Shown here one piece after another: positions 8,292 to 17,091 of a DNA stretch of 32,000 nt. The position numbers and the translations under genes were made by a program. This DNA is from Mycolicibacterium smegmatis (GTDB taxonomy: Bacteria > Actinomycetota > Actinomycetes > Mycobacteriales > Mycobacteriaceae): positions 5,940,001-5,972,000 of the forward strand of contig NZ_LN831039.1 of the NCBI RefSeq assembly GCF_001457595.1. The letters are read 5' to 3'. The notes beneath the pieces are model-generated. The model saw only the letters and a program-made list of their open reading frames with translations, did no database searches and was not told the origin of the DNA. Each line of letters opens with the position of its first letter. Within the stretch, counting starts at the first letter, position 1.

Positions 8292-10652
8292 ATGGCGTCA
8301 GCCGCACCGGCAACCGTGACGACGCGGTACGCGGGACGGCGCGTCGAGCGCGTCGAGGACACTCGACTGCTGACCGGCCGCGGAACGTTCGTCGACGACA
8401 TCGTGCGCCCCGGCATGCTGCACGCGTGCTTCGTGCGCAGCCCGTTCGCGCACGCAAAGATCAACGGCATCGACGCGACCGAGGCGCTCGCGCTGCCCGG
8501 TGTGCGCGCGGTGTTCACCGCGGCCGACATCAACCCTGAGGTCAAGGAGGCCTGGCACGCCGTCGCGGGCAGGGACATGCCCGACACCCCGCGGCCGCCG
8601 CTGGCCGAGGGTGAGGTCAAGTTCGTGGGCGATCCGGTGGCCATCGTGATCGCCGAATCGCGCTACGTCGCCGAGGACGCCGTCGACCTCGTCGAGGTGG
8701 ACTACGAACCGCTGCCCGCGGTCGTCGACTTCCGCACCGCGCTCACGTCACCGGTCGCAGTCCACGACGCCTACCCGGACAACAACGCGGGCGGCATGGC
8801 CGGCGCACCGCCGGACGAGGAGACCTTCGACTCGGCGGCACATGTGGTCAAAGAGCACGTGTACCAACAGATGTACGTTCCGGTGCCGATCGAGACGCGC
8901 GGCCTGGTGGTCGAATGGCAGGCGTCGGCCGGCGAGCTCACCATCTGGGCGTCGACACAGACGCCGCACGAACTGCGCGCGTTCGCCGCACGCCTGCTGG
9001 GCATCCCGGCCCAGCACGTGCGCGCGATCATGCGCGACACCGGAGGCGGCTTCGGGCAGAAGGTCGTGCCGATGCGCGAGGACATGTGCATCATGCTCGC
9101 GGCGCGCAAGACCTCCGGCGCGCTCAAGTGGATCGAGGACCGCCGCGAGAACCTCATGTCGGCCGGCCAATCCCGCCACGTCGACGGCGACGTCCGGATG
9201 GCGTTCGACCCCGACGGCAACATCCTGGCCGCCGACATCGACTTCGTGCAGGACATCGGGGCGTACCCGACGCCGTACCCGGTGCTGACGACGGCCGCGA
9301 TCGGCATGTTCTTCCCCGGCCCGTACCGGGTGCCCAAGGCCAGCTTCAACTACAAGACGGTGTTCTCCAACACCGCGGGCCTGCACGCCTACCGCGGCCC
9401 GTGGCAGTACGAGACGCTCAGCCGCGAGATCCTGCTCGACATCGCCGCGCGCAAGATCGGCATCGACCCGGTCGAACTGCGCCGACGAAACCTGTTGCGC
9501 CGCGACGAGATGCCGTACTTCAACCCCAACGGCATGCCGTACGACCACGTGGCGCCCGCCGAGACGTTCGAGCAGGCCGTCAAGATCCTCGACCACGAGG
9601 GTTTCCGCAAGGAACAGGCCGAGGCACTCGCGCAGGGCCGCTACATCGGCCTCGGCTTCTCGGCCTACATCGAGCCCACGGGCGCGGCCACCGGCCACCT
9701 GGCCTCCGAGGGCGCGACGATCCGCATGGAGTCCACGGGCAAGATCAACGTGTACGTCAACGGCGGATCGACCGGAAACAGCTTGGAGACCACGGTCATC
9801 CAGCTCACCGCCGATGCACTGGGCGCCGACATCGACGATGTCGCCACCATCCAGGGCGACACCGCGGTCACCCCCTACGGCGCGGGCACACAGGGCAGCC
9901 GCAGCGCACCGATGACCGCGGGCGCGGTCAATGAGGCGGGCACGATGCTGCGCAACCAGATCGTCGCGATGGCCGCGGCATGGCTGGGTGTCGAGGAATC
10001 CGAGATCGAACTGGGCGGCTCCAAGGCCACCGTGCGCTCGGATCCGGACAAGAGCGTGACGTTCGGTCAACTCGCCTACCGCGCGTATTACGAGCCGCAG
10101 CAGTTGCCGCCCGGGCTCTCGGCGTCGCTGGAGGCCACCGCGCGTTACACCGCACCGCCCACCGCACCGATCCACTGGGCCAACGCCACCCACGCGTGTA
10201 CGTGCGAGGTCGACATCGAGACCGGGCAGGTCACGCTGACGCGCTACATCGTCAGCGAGGACGTCGGGCCGATGATCAACCCCAACGTGGTCGAGGGCCA
10301 GATCGCGGGCGGCACGGTGCAGGGCATCGGCGGCGCACTGCTCGAACAACTGGCCTACGACGACGCGGGCAACCCGCTGTCCTCGACCTTCGTCGACTAC
10401 CTGCTGCCGACGGCCACCGAGGTCCCGGCGATCGAGTACGGCCACGTCGAGATCCCTGGCCCGGGCGTCGGCGGATACAAGGGCGCCGGTGAGGGCGGTG
10501 CCATCGGCTCGACCCCGGCCGTCATCAACGCCATCAACGACGCACTCGCGCCGCTCGGCGTCACGGTGACCACGCTGCCCGCGAGCCCCGCCGCCATCAG
10601 TGCCGCGATCGAGGCCGCCACCGACACAGCCACACAAGGGAAGGACCACTAA
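8292..10652 (+). CDS. Molybdenum hydroxylase large subunit (xanthine dehydrogenase/CoxL-like form II family)
   Basis: RVEDTRLLTGRGTFVDDI, TGGGFGQK, active-site-loop-like AYRGPWQYET, and GYKGAGEGGAIGSTPAVINAINDAL. Confidence 0.92.
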   Translation: MASAAPATVTTRYAGRRVERVEDTRLLTGRGTFVDDIVRPGMLHACFVRSPFAHAKINGIDATEALALPGVRAVFTAADINPEVKEAWHAVAGRDMPDTPRPPLAEGEVKFVGDPVAIVIAESRYVAEDAVDLVEVDYEPLPAVVDFRTALTSPVAVHDAYPDNNAGGMAGAPPDEETFDSAAHVVKEHVYQQMYVPVPIETRGLVVEWQASAGELTIWASTQTPHELRAFAARLLGIPAQHVRAIMRDTGGGFGQKVVPMREDMCIMLAARKTSGALKWIEDRRENLMSAGQSRHVDGDVRMAFDPDGNILAADIDFVQDIGAYPTPYPVLTTAAIGMFFPGPYRVPKASFNYKTVFSNTAGLHAYRGPWQYETLSREILLDIAARKIGIDPVELRRRNLLRRDEMPYFNPNGMPYDHVAPAETFEQAVKILDHEGFRKEQAEALAQGRYIGLGFSAYIEPTGAATGHLASEGATIRMESTGKINVYVNGGSTGNSLETTVIQLTADALGADIDDVATIQGDTAVTPYGAGTQGSRSAPMTAGAVNEAGTMLRNQIVAMAAAWLGVEESEIELGGSKATVRSDPDKSVTFGQLAYRAYYEPQQLPPGLSASLEATARYTAPPTAPIHWANATHACTCEVDIETGQVTLTRYIVSEDVGPMINPNVVEGQIAGGTVQGIGGALLEQLAYDDAGNPLSSTFVDYLLPTATEVPAIEYGHVEIPGPGVGGYKGAGEGGAIGSTPAVINAINDALAPLGVTVTTLPASPAAISAAIEAATDTATQGKDH

Positions 10653-10654
10653 CC

Positions 10655-11359
10655 GTGGAGCTCAACAACGAATTCCGGGTCGCGGTGCCTGCGGCGAAAA
10701 CCTGGGAGGTGCTCACCGATGTGCGGCGTGTGGCGCCCTGCCTGCCCGGAGCCACACTGCTCGACGTCGACGGCGACGAGTTCACCGGCGCGGTGAAGGT
10801 CAAGGTCGGCCCGATCACGGTGTCGTACAAGGGCGAAGCACGGTTCCAGGAGAAGGACGCAGGCGCACAACGGGTCGTGCTCAAGGCCAGCGGCAAGGAG
10901 ACCAGGGGTAACGGCACCGCCGCGGCCGTCGTCACGGCGCAACTCAAGGAGGAAGGTGCGAACTCCACGCTCGTGGTGGTGACCACCGACCTGCAGATCT
11001 CGGGCAAGGCCGCACAGTTCGGCCGCGGTGTGCTCTCCGACGTCGCGTCCACCCTCATCGACCAGTTCGCACAGAGCCTCGAGGCCGAGTTGCTCGGCGG
11101 AACGTCCCCGACCCCCGGCACAAGCGAAACGATTTCGGACACAACCGGTTCCGAGCAGCCCCAGCAGGGTGCGCCGATCAACGCGCTGGCCCTGGCCAAG
11201 GTCATGGCGGTGCCGATGGCCAAGCGTTTCGCACCCGCCATCGCCGCGGTCGCCGCGGCGGGACTGATCGGCTACCTGGCCGGAAGACGACGCAGCAAAT
11301 CGCAGCCGGGCCTGCGACCCGAGGACCTGCAGGCCGCGCTCCTGCGGTTGGTGTCGTGA
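10655..11359 (+). CDS. CoxG-like SRPBCC family protein with C-terminal hydrophobic segment
   Basis: GTG start; MELNNEFRVAVPAAKTWEVLTDVRRVAPCLPGATL typical of CoxG. The C-terminus FAPAIAAVAAAGLIGYLAGRRRSK looks like a membrane anchor. Confidence 0.88.
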   Translation: MELNNEFRVAVPAAKTWEVLTDVRRVAPCLPGATLLDVDGDEFTGAVKVKVGPITVSYKGEARFQEKDAGAQRVVLKASGKETRGNGTAAAVVTAQLKEEGANSTLVVVTTDLQISGKAAQFGRGVLSDVASTLIDQFAQSLEAELLGGTSPTPGTSETISDTTGSEQPQQGAPINALALAKVMAVPMAKRFAPAIAAVAAAGLIGYLAGRRRSKSQPGLRPEDLQAALLRLVS

Positions 11360-12243
11360 AGGCCGCCCCGTTCGCCTACCACCGGCCCGCGTCGGTCACC
11401 GACGCGGTGGCACTGCTCGGCGAGTACGGCGACGATGCGAAGATCCTCGCAGGCGGGCAGAGCCTGGTGCCGATGCTCGCGATGCGGCTGACACACTTCG
11501 ACAACCTCATCGACATCTCGCGGGTGCACGAACTCACCGACATCGACCGCATCGGCGACGAGGTCCGCATCGGAGCGGCCACGCCGCACGCGTTCGTGGG
11601 CCTCGATGACGAAGTGGCCGAGTCGGTTCCGCTGCTCACCCTGGCCACACCACACATCGGGCACTTCCAGATCCGCACGCGCGGCACGCTGGGCGGCGCG
11701 ATCGCACACGCCGATCCGGCCGCCGAGTACGCGGCCGTCGCACTGGCGCTCGACGCGACCATCGAGGCCACCTCGGCGCGCGGCGTCCGCGAGATCCCCG
11801 CCGCCGAGTTCTTCACGGGCCTGTGGGAGACCGCGCTGGCTTCCGACGAGATCCTCACGGCGGTGCGGTTCCCGGTGTGGTCGGGCCGGTGCGGCTTCGC
11901 GGTGCAGGAGTTCGCGCGTCGCCACGGCGACTTCGCGATCGCCGGCGCGGTCGTCGGCCTCCAGCTCGGCGACGACGACCGCGTGACCCGCTGCGGCATC
12001 GGACTGCTGGGTCTGGGTTCGACACCGTTGCGCGCCACCGCAGCCGAGGCCGAGGTGCTCGGAGGGCCGGTCGACGCCGTCACGCCCGAGGAGATCGGCA
12101 GGCTCGCGCTGAGCGACCTCACCGAGATTCCCGCCGACCTGCAGGGCACGGCCGAGTACCGCCGCAGGGTCGGCGCCACGATGGTGGCCAGGGCCTTCGA
12201 GCAAGCACGTACGCAAGCCACCGAAGGGGCTGTCGATGCATGA
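11356..12243 (+). CDS. Molybdenum hydroxylase FAD-binding subunit (CoxM-like)
   Basis: AGGQSLVPMLAMRL and TLGGAIAHADPAAE FAD motifs. GTG start overlaps the upstream stop (GTGA). Confidence 0.92.
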   Translation: MKAAPFAYHRPASVTDAVALLGEYGDDAKILAGGQSLVPMLAMRLTHFDNLIDISRVHELTDIDRIGDEVRIGAATPHAFVGLDDEVAESVPLLTLATPHIGHFQIRTRGTLGGAIAHADPAAEYAAVALALDATIEATSARGVREIPAAEFFTGLWETALASDEILTAVRFPVWSGRCGFAVQEFARRHGDFAIAGAVVGLQLGDDDRVTRCGIGLLGLGSTPLRATAAEAEVLGGPVDAVTPEEIGRLALSDLTEIPADLQGTAEYRRRVGATMVARAFEQARTQATEGAVDA

Positions 12244-12748
12244 ACTGCCGGTTGAGGTTTCGGTCAACGGCCAGACCTACCAGGGCCAGGTGGAACCGCG
12301 CGTCACCCTGGCCGACTTCCTGCGGGAGAACTGCGGCCTGACGGGCACGCACCTGGGCTGCGAGCACGGCGCGTGCGGCGCCTGCACCGTGCTGCTCGAC
12401 GGTCAGGCCGTGCGGTCCTGCCTGATCTTCGCGGTGCAGGTCGACGGCCAGGACGTCACCACGGTCGAGGGCATCGCCGAACCGGACGGGTGCCTGTCAC
12501 CCGTGCAGGCCGCGCTCAAGGAGTGCCACGGCCTGCAGTGCGGGTTCTGCACGCCGGGCTTCGTCACGTCGATCACGGCGTTGCTGCGTGACAACCCGGC
12601 CCCCACCGACGACGAGATCCGCGAGGGGTTGTCGGGGAACTTCTGTCGCTGCACGGGTTACCAGGGCATCATCAACGCCGTGCACCGCGCCGCCGAACTG
12701 TCCACCCGGGAAGCGCAGCGCGACCTCGAGGTTCACGCCCAGCAGTAG
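12236..12748 (+). CDS. Molybdenum hydroxylase 2Fe-2S subunit (CoxS-like)
   Basis: CEHGACGACTVLLDG, LQCGFCTPGF and FCRCTGYQGI cluster-binding motifs. 8-bp overlap with the FAD subunit. Confidence 0.94.
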   Translation: MHELPVEVSVNGQTYQGQVEPRVTLADFLRENCGLTGTHLGCEHGACGACTVLLDGQAVRSCLIFAVQVDGQDVTTVEGIAEPDGCLSPVQAALKECHGLQCGFCTPGFVTSITALLRDNPAPTDDEIREGLSGNFCRCTGYQGIINAVHRAAELSTREAQRDLEVHAQQ

Positions 12749-12780
12749 CGCCGCCGCGCGCAAGCGGTGACAGTGGACTG

Positions 12781-13680
12781 ATGAGAATCGGATTCATCGG
12801 ACTGGGCAACATGGGCGCGGCCATGGCCGCCAACCTCCTTGCGGCCGGACACGACGTCGTCGCGTACAACCGCTCACCGCAGAAGGTGGCCGCACTGGCC
12901 GAACAGGGCGCCACGGCCGCCGAGTCGGTGCGTGACGCCGCGCAGGCCGACGTCGTCGTCACGATGCTCGCCGACGACAACGCCGTCGAGACCGTCGCGT
13001 TCGGCGGAGCGGACCCTGCCGAAGGCCTGGTGGCCGCGATGCCCGCCGACGCGATCCACGTTTCGTCGTCCACGATCAGCGTCGACCTCGCGAAACGGCT
13101 CGCCGCGGCCCACGCCGAGGCCCGCAACCAGTTCGTCAGCGCACCGGTGTTCGGGCGGCCCGATGCCGCCGCGGCGGCCAAGCTGTTCGTCGTGGCCTCC
13201 GGTGCACCGGCCGCGGTCGAGGCGGCCACACCGGTGTTCGACGCGATCGGGCAGCGCACGTTCGTCGTCGGCGACGAGCCCAGCGCTGCGAGCCTGGTGA
13301 AGATCAGCGGCAACTTCCTCATCGCGTCGGTGATCGAATCCCTCGGCGAGGCAATGGCTCTCGTGGGCAAGGCCGGTGTCGACAAGCACCAGTACCTGGA
13401 GCTGCTCACCTCGACGCTGTTCGACGCGCCGGTGTACCGCACCTACGGCGGGCTCCTGGTCGACGAACAGTTCACCCCGCCCGGTTTCGCCGCGCCGTTG
13501 GGGCTCAAGGACGTCAAGCTCGCGCTGAGCGCAGGAGAGGAACTCAAGGTGCCGCTGCCCGTCGGGAGCCTGTTGCGCGACCGGTTTCTCACACTGCTGG
13601 CCACCGGTGGCGGCGAGCTGGACTGGTCGGCGCTCGGTGCGCTGCCCGCGTGGGAGGCAGGCGCACCACACCCGGCCTGA
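12781..13680 (+). CDS. NAD(P)-dependent oxidoreductase, 3-hydroxyisobutyrate dehydrogenase family
   Basis: MRIGFIGLGNMGAAMAANLLAAGHDVVAYNR, FVSAPVFGRPDAA, and KISGNFLIASVIESLGEA with the catalytic Lys region. Confidence 0.9.
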   Translation: MRIGFIGLGNMGAAMAANLLAAGHDVVAYNRSPQKVAALAEQGATAAESVRDAAQADVVVTMLADDNAVETVAFGGADPAEGLVAAMPADAIHVSSSTISVDLAKRLAAAHAEARNQFVSAPVFGRPDAAAAAKLFVVASGAPAAVEAATPVFDAIGQRTFVVGDEPSAASLVKISGNFLIASVIESLGEAMALVGKAGVDKHQYLELLTSTLFDAPVYRTYGGLLVDEQFTPPGFAAPLGLKDVKLALSAGEELKVPLPVGSLLRDRFLTLLATGGGELDWSALGALPAWEAGAPHPA

Positions 13681-13683
13681 CCG

Positions 13684-14559
13684 TCAGCCGTCGGTGACGA
13701 CTCCCCGCAGGCCTTCGGCGCCGAACAGCGGTTCCAGCATGCCCGAGATGTCGGGACCGCGCCGCAGCCCGTGGCCGCCGTCGACGTTGATGGCCTGGCC
13801 GGTGATCCAGCCCGCCGCGTCGCTGAGCAGGAACACCGCGAGGTTCGCGATGTCCTCGACCTCACCGAAGCGCGGCAGCGGCGTGCAGGCCGCGTAATCG
13901 TCGGTGACCGCGGGGACACCCAGGATCGGCTCGACCATCTCGGTGCGGGTGAGCCCGGGGCGGATGCTGTTGACCCGCACCCACGACGGCCCGAGTTCGT
14001 CCGCGGCGAGCTTGAGCAGGTGATCCAGCGCGGCCTTGCTGACGCCGTAGGCGCCGAACCAGCGGTGGATGTTGCTCGACGCGATCGAGGAGATCCCGAC
14101 GAACGATCCACCGCCGCCGCGCACCATCTCGCGGCCCGCGTGCTTGAGCAGGTACATCGTGCCGTTGATGTTGAGATCGATGGTCTGCCGCCACAATTCG
14201 GAATCGATCTGTGTGATCGGCCCGATGGTCTGCGATCCGCCCGCGCTGTGCACCACGCCGTGCAGACGCCCGTGCCATGCGGTCGCGGCGTCCACGGCGC
14301 GGTGCACCTCGTCCTCGTCGGTCACGTCGGCGGGTTCGTAGCGCACCGAACCCGGACCGAGCGCGCCGATCTCGTCGGCGGCGGCAGAGAGCTTGTCGGC
14401 GTTGCGACCGACCAGCATGACGTCGCCGCCCGCCGCCACGATCGCCGCGGCAGCGCCCTTGCCGATACCGCTTCCGCCACCGGTCACCAGATATGTACGT
14501 TCCGCCAACGACAGCTGCACTGCTGCGCCCTTCATCCAGTGGGAATGGTTCTGCGTCAA
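13684..14559 (-). CDS. SDR family oxidoreductase
   Basis: YLVTGGGSGIGKGAAAAI, VHSAG, ISSIASSN...YGVSKAALDHLLKLAADEL, RPGLTRTEM. Confidence 0.92.
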   Translation of the reverse strand: MTQNHSHWMKGAAVQLSLAERTYLVTGGGSGIGKGAAAAIVAAGGDVMLVGRNADKLSAAADEIGALGPGSVRYEPADVTDEDEVHRAVDAATAWHGRLHGVVHSAGGSQTIGPITQIDSELWRQTIDLNINGTMYLLKHAGREMVRGGGGSFVGISSIASSNIHRWFGAYGVSKAALDHLLKLAADELGPSWVRVNSIRPGLTRTEMVEPILGVPAVTDDYAACTPLPRFGEVEDIANLAVFLLSDAAGWITGQAINVDGGHGLRRGPDISGMLEPLFGAEGLRGVVTDG

Positions 14560-15473
14560 GGTGTATCACGTCGGGCGAGCTTGGGAGCGCCCAATGTGCG
14601 CCAATCGGGAACATCCGGCGGCATGCCGACGGGCCAGCGGTTCTCGTTGGCGGCGGCCCAGTGCGCATGCCCGAGTTCGTGGATGTGGAACGCGTGGTGC
14701 AACGCCTCGGCGAAGCCCATCGAGTCGGCAGCGGCGTTCACCGAATCCTTCACCAGCAGCGCAGCCATCGTGGGCCGTTCGGCGATCCGCCGCGCGAACT
14801 CCAGGGTCTTGTCCTCCAGCTCTTCGCGGCCGAACACCTTGGACACCATGCCCAGCCGGTAGGCCTCGTCGGCGTCGATCGAATCGCCGGTCAGCAGCAG
14901 TTCTTTGGCCTTGCGCGGGCCGAATTCCCAAGGGTGCGCGTAGTACTCGACGCCGGGCATGCCCATCCGGACGGCCACCACGTCGCTGAACCTGGCGTCG
15001 TCGGCGGCCACGATCAGATCGCACGCCCAGATCAGCATCAGGGCCGCCGAGATGGCGTTGCCCTGCACCTGGGCGATGGTGATCTTGCGCAGATCGCGCC
15101 AGCGTTTGGTGTTCTCGAAATAGAAGTGCCATTCCTGCCGGTAGGTGCGCTCGGCGACGCCGGCCACCGTCGCGCCGTAGCCGGCGAACGTCGGGTGCTG
15201 CCCGGGGCCGGGTTCGCGTTCGGCGAGTGCCTCCTCGGAACCGAGGTCGTGGCCGGCCGAGAAATTCTTGCCGCGCGCGGCCAGGATGACCACGCGCACG
15301 GTGTCGTCGGCCTCGGCGCGGGCGAACGCCTCGTCGAGTTGCACGAGAAGCGTGCGGGACTGCGCATTCTGCGCCTGCGGGCGGTTGAGCCAGATCCGGG
15401 CGATACGCCCTTCGTCGAGCGTCTCGTACTCGATCTGGCGGGCCTGGCCGCCGTCGCCGTCGGAACCGGTCAT
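14556..15473 (-). CDS. Enoyl-CoA hydratase/isomerase family protein
   Basis: RIARIWLNRPQAQNAQSRTLLVQLDEAFARAE...AARGKNFSAGHDLGSE crotonase motifs. The ORF extends to 15503; MTGSDG at 15473 is the likely start. Confidence 0.9.
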   Translation of the reverse strand: MTGSDGDGGQARQIEYETLDEGRIARIWLNRPQAQNAQSRTLLVQLDEAFARAEADDTVRVVILAARGKNFSAGHDLGSEEALAEREPGPGQHPTFAGYGATVAGVAERTYRQEWHFYFENTKRWRDLRKITIAQVQGNAISAALMLIWACDLIVAADDARFSDVVAVRMGMPGVEYYAHPWEFGPRKAKELLLTGDSIDADEAYRLGMVSKVFGREELEDKTLEFARRIAERPTMAALLVKDSVNAAADSMGFAEALHHAFHIHELGHAHWAAANENRWPVGMPPDVPDWRTLGAPKLARRDTP

Positions 15474-15737
15474 GTCGAACCACCTCATCAGCAGGTATGG
15501 CACTTAACAAAATGCACCATACGTGTATCGCCCCAGTCATCTCACACCGGGATCACAGCAATCGAACAGAATCATCACAGCAGACACCAAGCCGGCATTG
15601 GACGCCGCGACTATCGCGCGCTTATCCGTTGTCGCGCGTATGATGTCGTACGCGAAGCGATACCTGGCCGCCACCCCAACGCGGACCCGACGGGCATCTA
15701 CAGCAAACATACAGGAACCTCAGAAAAGGGCACGCGA

Positions 15738-16109
15738 ATGACCATCTCCCAGTTCACCGCCCGCCGGCTGCCCCTCGCCGTCGGCATGGCGTGCGCAGCC
15801 GCCGCGGTCGCTGTCGCTCCGGTGTTCTCGGCGTTGTCCGCACCCACGTCGGCTCTGGCGGCGTGCCCCAACGGGGAAACCGAGGACACCTTCACCAACC
15901 AGTGCGTGCCCGATCTGGTGCCCAACTCGCCCGAGCCCGCGTTCTCCACTGCCCCCAACCAGCTGCCGCAGATCGACGGCATCCCGTGCACGGGCGCCAA
16001 CACCGGACAGTGCATCGGCCTGGGCGAGGAGCAGCAGGCGCAGGGCCCGGCCGCCGTCCCGCGCTCGTCGGTCGGCAGCAGCCCCACCGTCACCGGCCAC
16101 ACGAACTGA
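15738..16109 (+). CDS. Small secreted four-Cys protein, copy 1
   Basis: Signal peptide LPLAVGMACAAAAVAVAPVFSALSAPTSALA, then CPNGETEDTFTNQCVPDLVPNS...IPCTGANTGQCIGLGEE. It sits inside a longer, spurious-looking open frame. Confidence 0.85.
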   Translation: MTISQFTARRLPLAVGMACAAAAVAVAPVFSALSAPTSALAACPNGETEDTFTNQCVPDLVPNSPEPAFSTAPNQLPQIDGIPCTGANTGQCIGLGEEQQAQGPAAVPRSSVGSSPTVTGHTN

Positions 16110-16204
16110 TCAGATCCGGCCTGGATCCGATCCGACGCAAATCACATACGCGGGCTGATCGCGATATAGCCCGATTTCGCCCCCGGCGGCCATAAACTGC
16201 TGGG

Positions 16205-16537
16205 GTGATTCGCACTGTCTTTGCTGCGGCGGCCTGCGCCCTCGGCGTGTCGGCGCTGGCCCTCGTCCCCGCACCGGCCGCATCGGCCGCGTGCCACAAC
16301 GGGGAAGAAGAAGACACCTACACCATGGTGTGCACCCCGTTCATGGTGCCCAATTCGCCTGGGGCGTTCAGCGGGATCCCGGGCAATCCGGACCTCCCGG
16401 CCGTGAACCTGCCCGGCGGCGGTGGCGCCATCCCGTGCACGGGCCACAACGCGGGCGAATGCATCGGGCTGGCCGAGGAGGACGCGGCCGAGGGACCGAT
16501 GGCGCAGCCACGGTCGATCATCAGCGCGAGCCCGTAA
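16205..16537 (+). CDS. Small secreted four-Cys protein, copy 2
   Basis: GTG start; signal peptide, then CHNGEEEDTYTMVCTPFMVPNSPGAFSGIPGNPDLPAVNLPGGGGAIPCTGHNAGECIGLAEE. Confidence 0.85.
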   Translation: MIRTVFAAAACALGVSALALVPAPAASAACHNGEEEDTYTMVCTPFMVPNSPGAFSGIPGNPDLPAVNLPGGGGAIPCTGHNAGECIGLAEEDAAEGPMAQPRSIISASP

Positions 16538-16647
16538 CGAACGCCCAGTTCAGGGCCGCATTTCAGGGAGCTCCAAGAACTGATGCAGATTATTCCCAGC
16601 TTCCTTAGAATTCTTCCCGACGAAACAGTCAGACAACTACAGAAAGC

Positions 16648-17043
16648 GTGACAATGGCGACCTTCCCGTACTCACTGCGACGACTGATCCTTGCCGGCGG
16701 ATTCGTGGTCGCTGCGGCCGCCGCTCCGGCGATCACCGTGTTCGCCGTTCCCGATTCCGCCATGCCCACGGCGGCGTGCCCTGGTGGTGAGGAAGAGGAC
16801 CTGTACACCGGCGTGTGCGTGCCGCACACGGTCCCGAACTCGGGCGGGTCGTTCAGCCCGATCCCCGGTAACCCCAACCTGCCCGCGGTCAACCTGCCTG
16901 GTGGCGGCGGATCCATCCCCTGCACCGGCAACAACACGGGTCAGTGCATCGGCCTGGCCGAGGAAGCCCAGTCCCAGGCCCCCTCGGTGACCCCGGAGTC
17001 GTCGGTCGGCAGCAGCCCGACGGTCCACGGTTCGATCGGCTGA
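16648..17043 (+). CDS. Small secreted four-Cys protein, copy 3
   Basis: Signal peptide, then CPGGEEEDLYTGVCVPHTVPNSGGSFSPIPGNPNLPAVNLPGGGGSIPCTGNNTGQCIGLAEE. The start may be 16654. Confidence 0.88.
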   Translation: MTMATFPYSLRRLILAGGFVVAAAAAPAITVFAVPDSAMPTAACPGGEEEDLYTGVCVPHTVPNSGGSFSPIPGNPNLPAVNLPGGGGSIPCTGNNTGQCIGLAEEAQSQAPSVTPESSVGSSPTVHGSIG

Positions 17044-17052
17044 CCAGCGGTG

Positions 17053-17079
17053 AGGCGACCGGGATTTTCCCGGTCGCCT
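17053..17079 (+). terminator. Perfect 12-bp hairpin, candidate terminator or attenuating structure
   Basis: AGGCGACCGGGA-TTT-TCCCGGTCGCCT, 10 bp after the copy 3 stop. No clear U-tract. Confidence 0.6.
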
Positions 17080-17091
17080 ACAGTTGTTCTC

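Noticed and set aside
8748-10649. 633-aa open frame on the minus strand, opposite the Mo-hydroxylase large subunit
   Set aside because: Composition (Gly/Arg/Asp/Val/His-rich, repetitive) is typical of an antisense shadow of high-GC codons. The plus-strand gene has clear family motifs.
11272-12267. 331-aa minus-strand open frame opposite the FAD subunit
   Set aside because: Shadow ORF; no recognisable domain, and the opposite strand is clearly coding.
8292-12748. Annotation as a genuine aerobic CO dehydrogenase
   Set aside because: The large subunit lacks the AYxCSFR loop of form I CO dehydrogenases, so only a Mo-hydroxylase family assignment is justified.
15495-15522. Inverted repeat GTATGG-N16-CCATAC upstream of the enoyl-CoA hydratase
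   Set aside because: Six-bp arms with a 16-bp spacer are expected by chance in 32 kb and match no regulator motif I can name. Worth revisiting only if conserved.
14493-16109. 538-aa plus-strand open frame spanning the SDR, ECH and small secreted copy 1
   Set aside because: The upstream part is an antisense shadow of the ECH gene. Only the final 123 codons, beginning at ATG 15738 with a signal peptide, look real.
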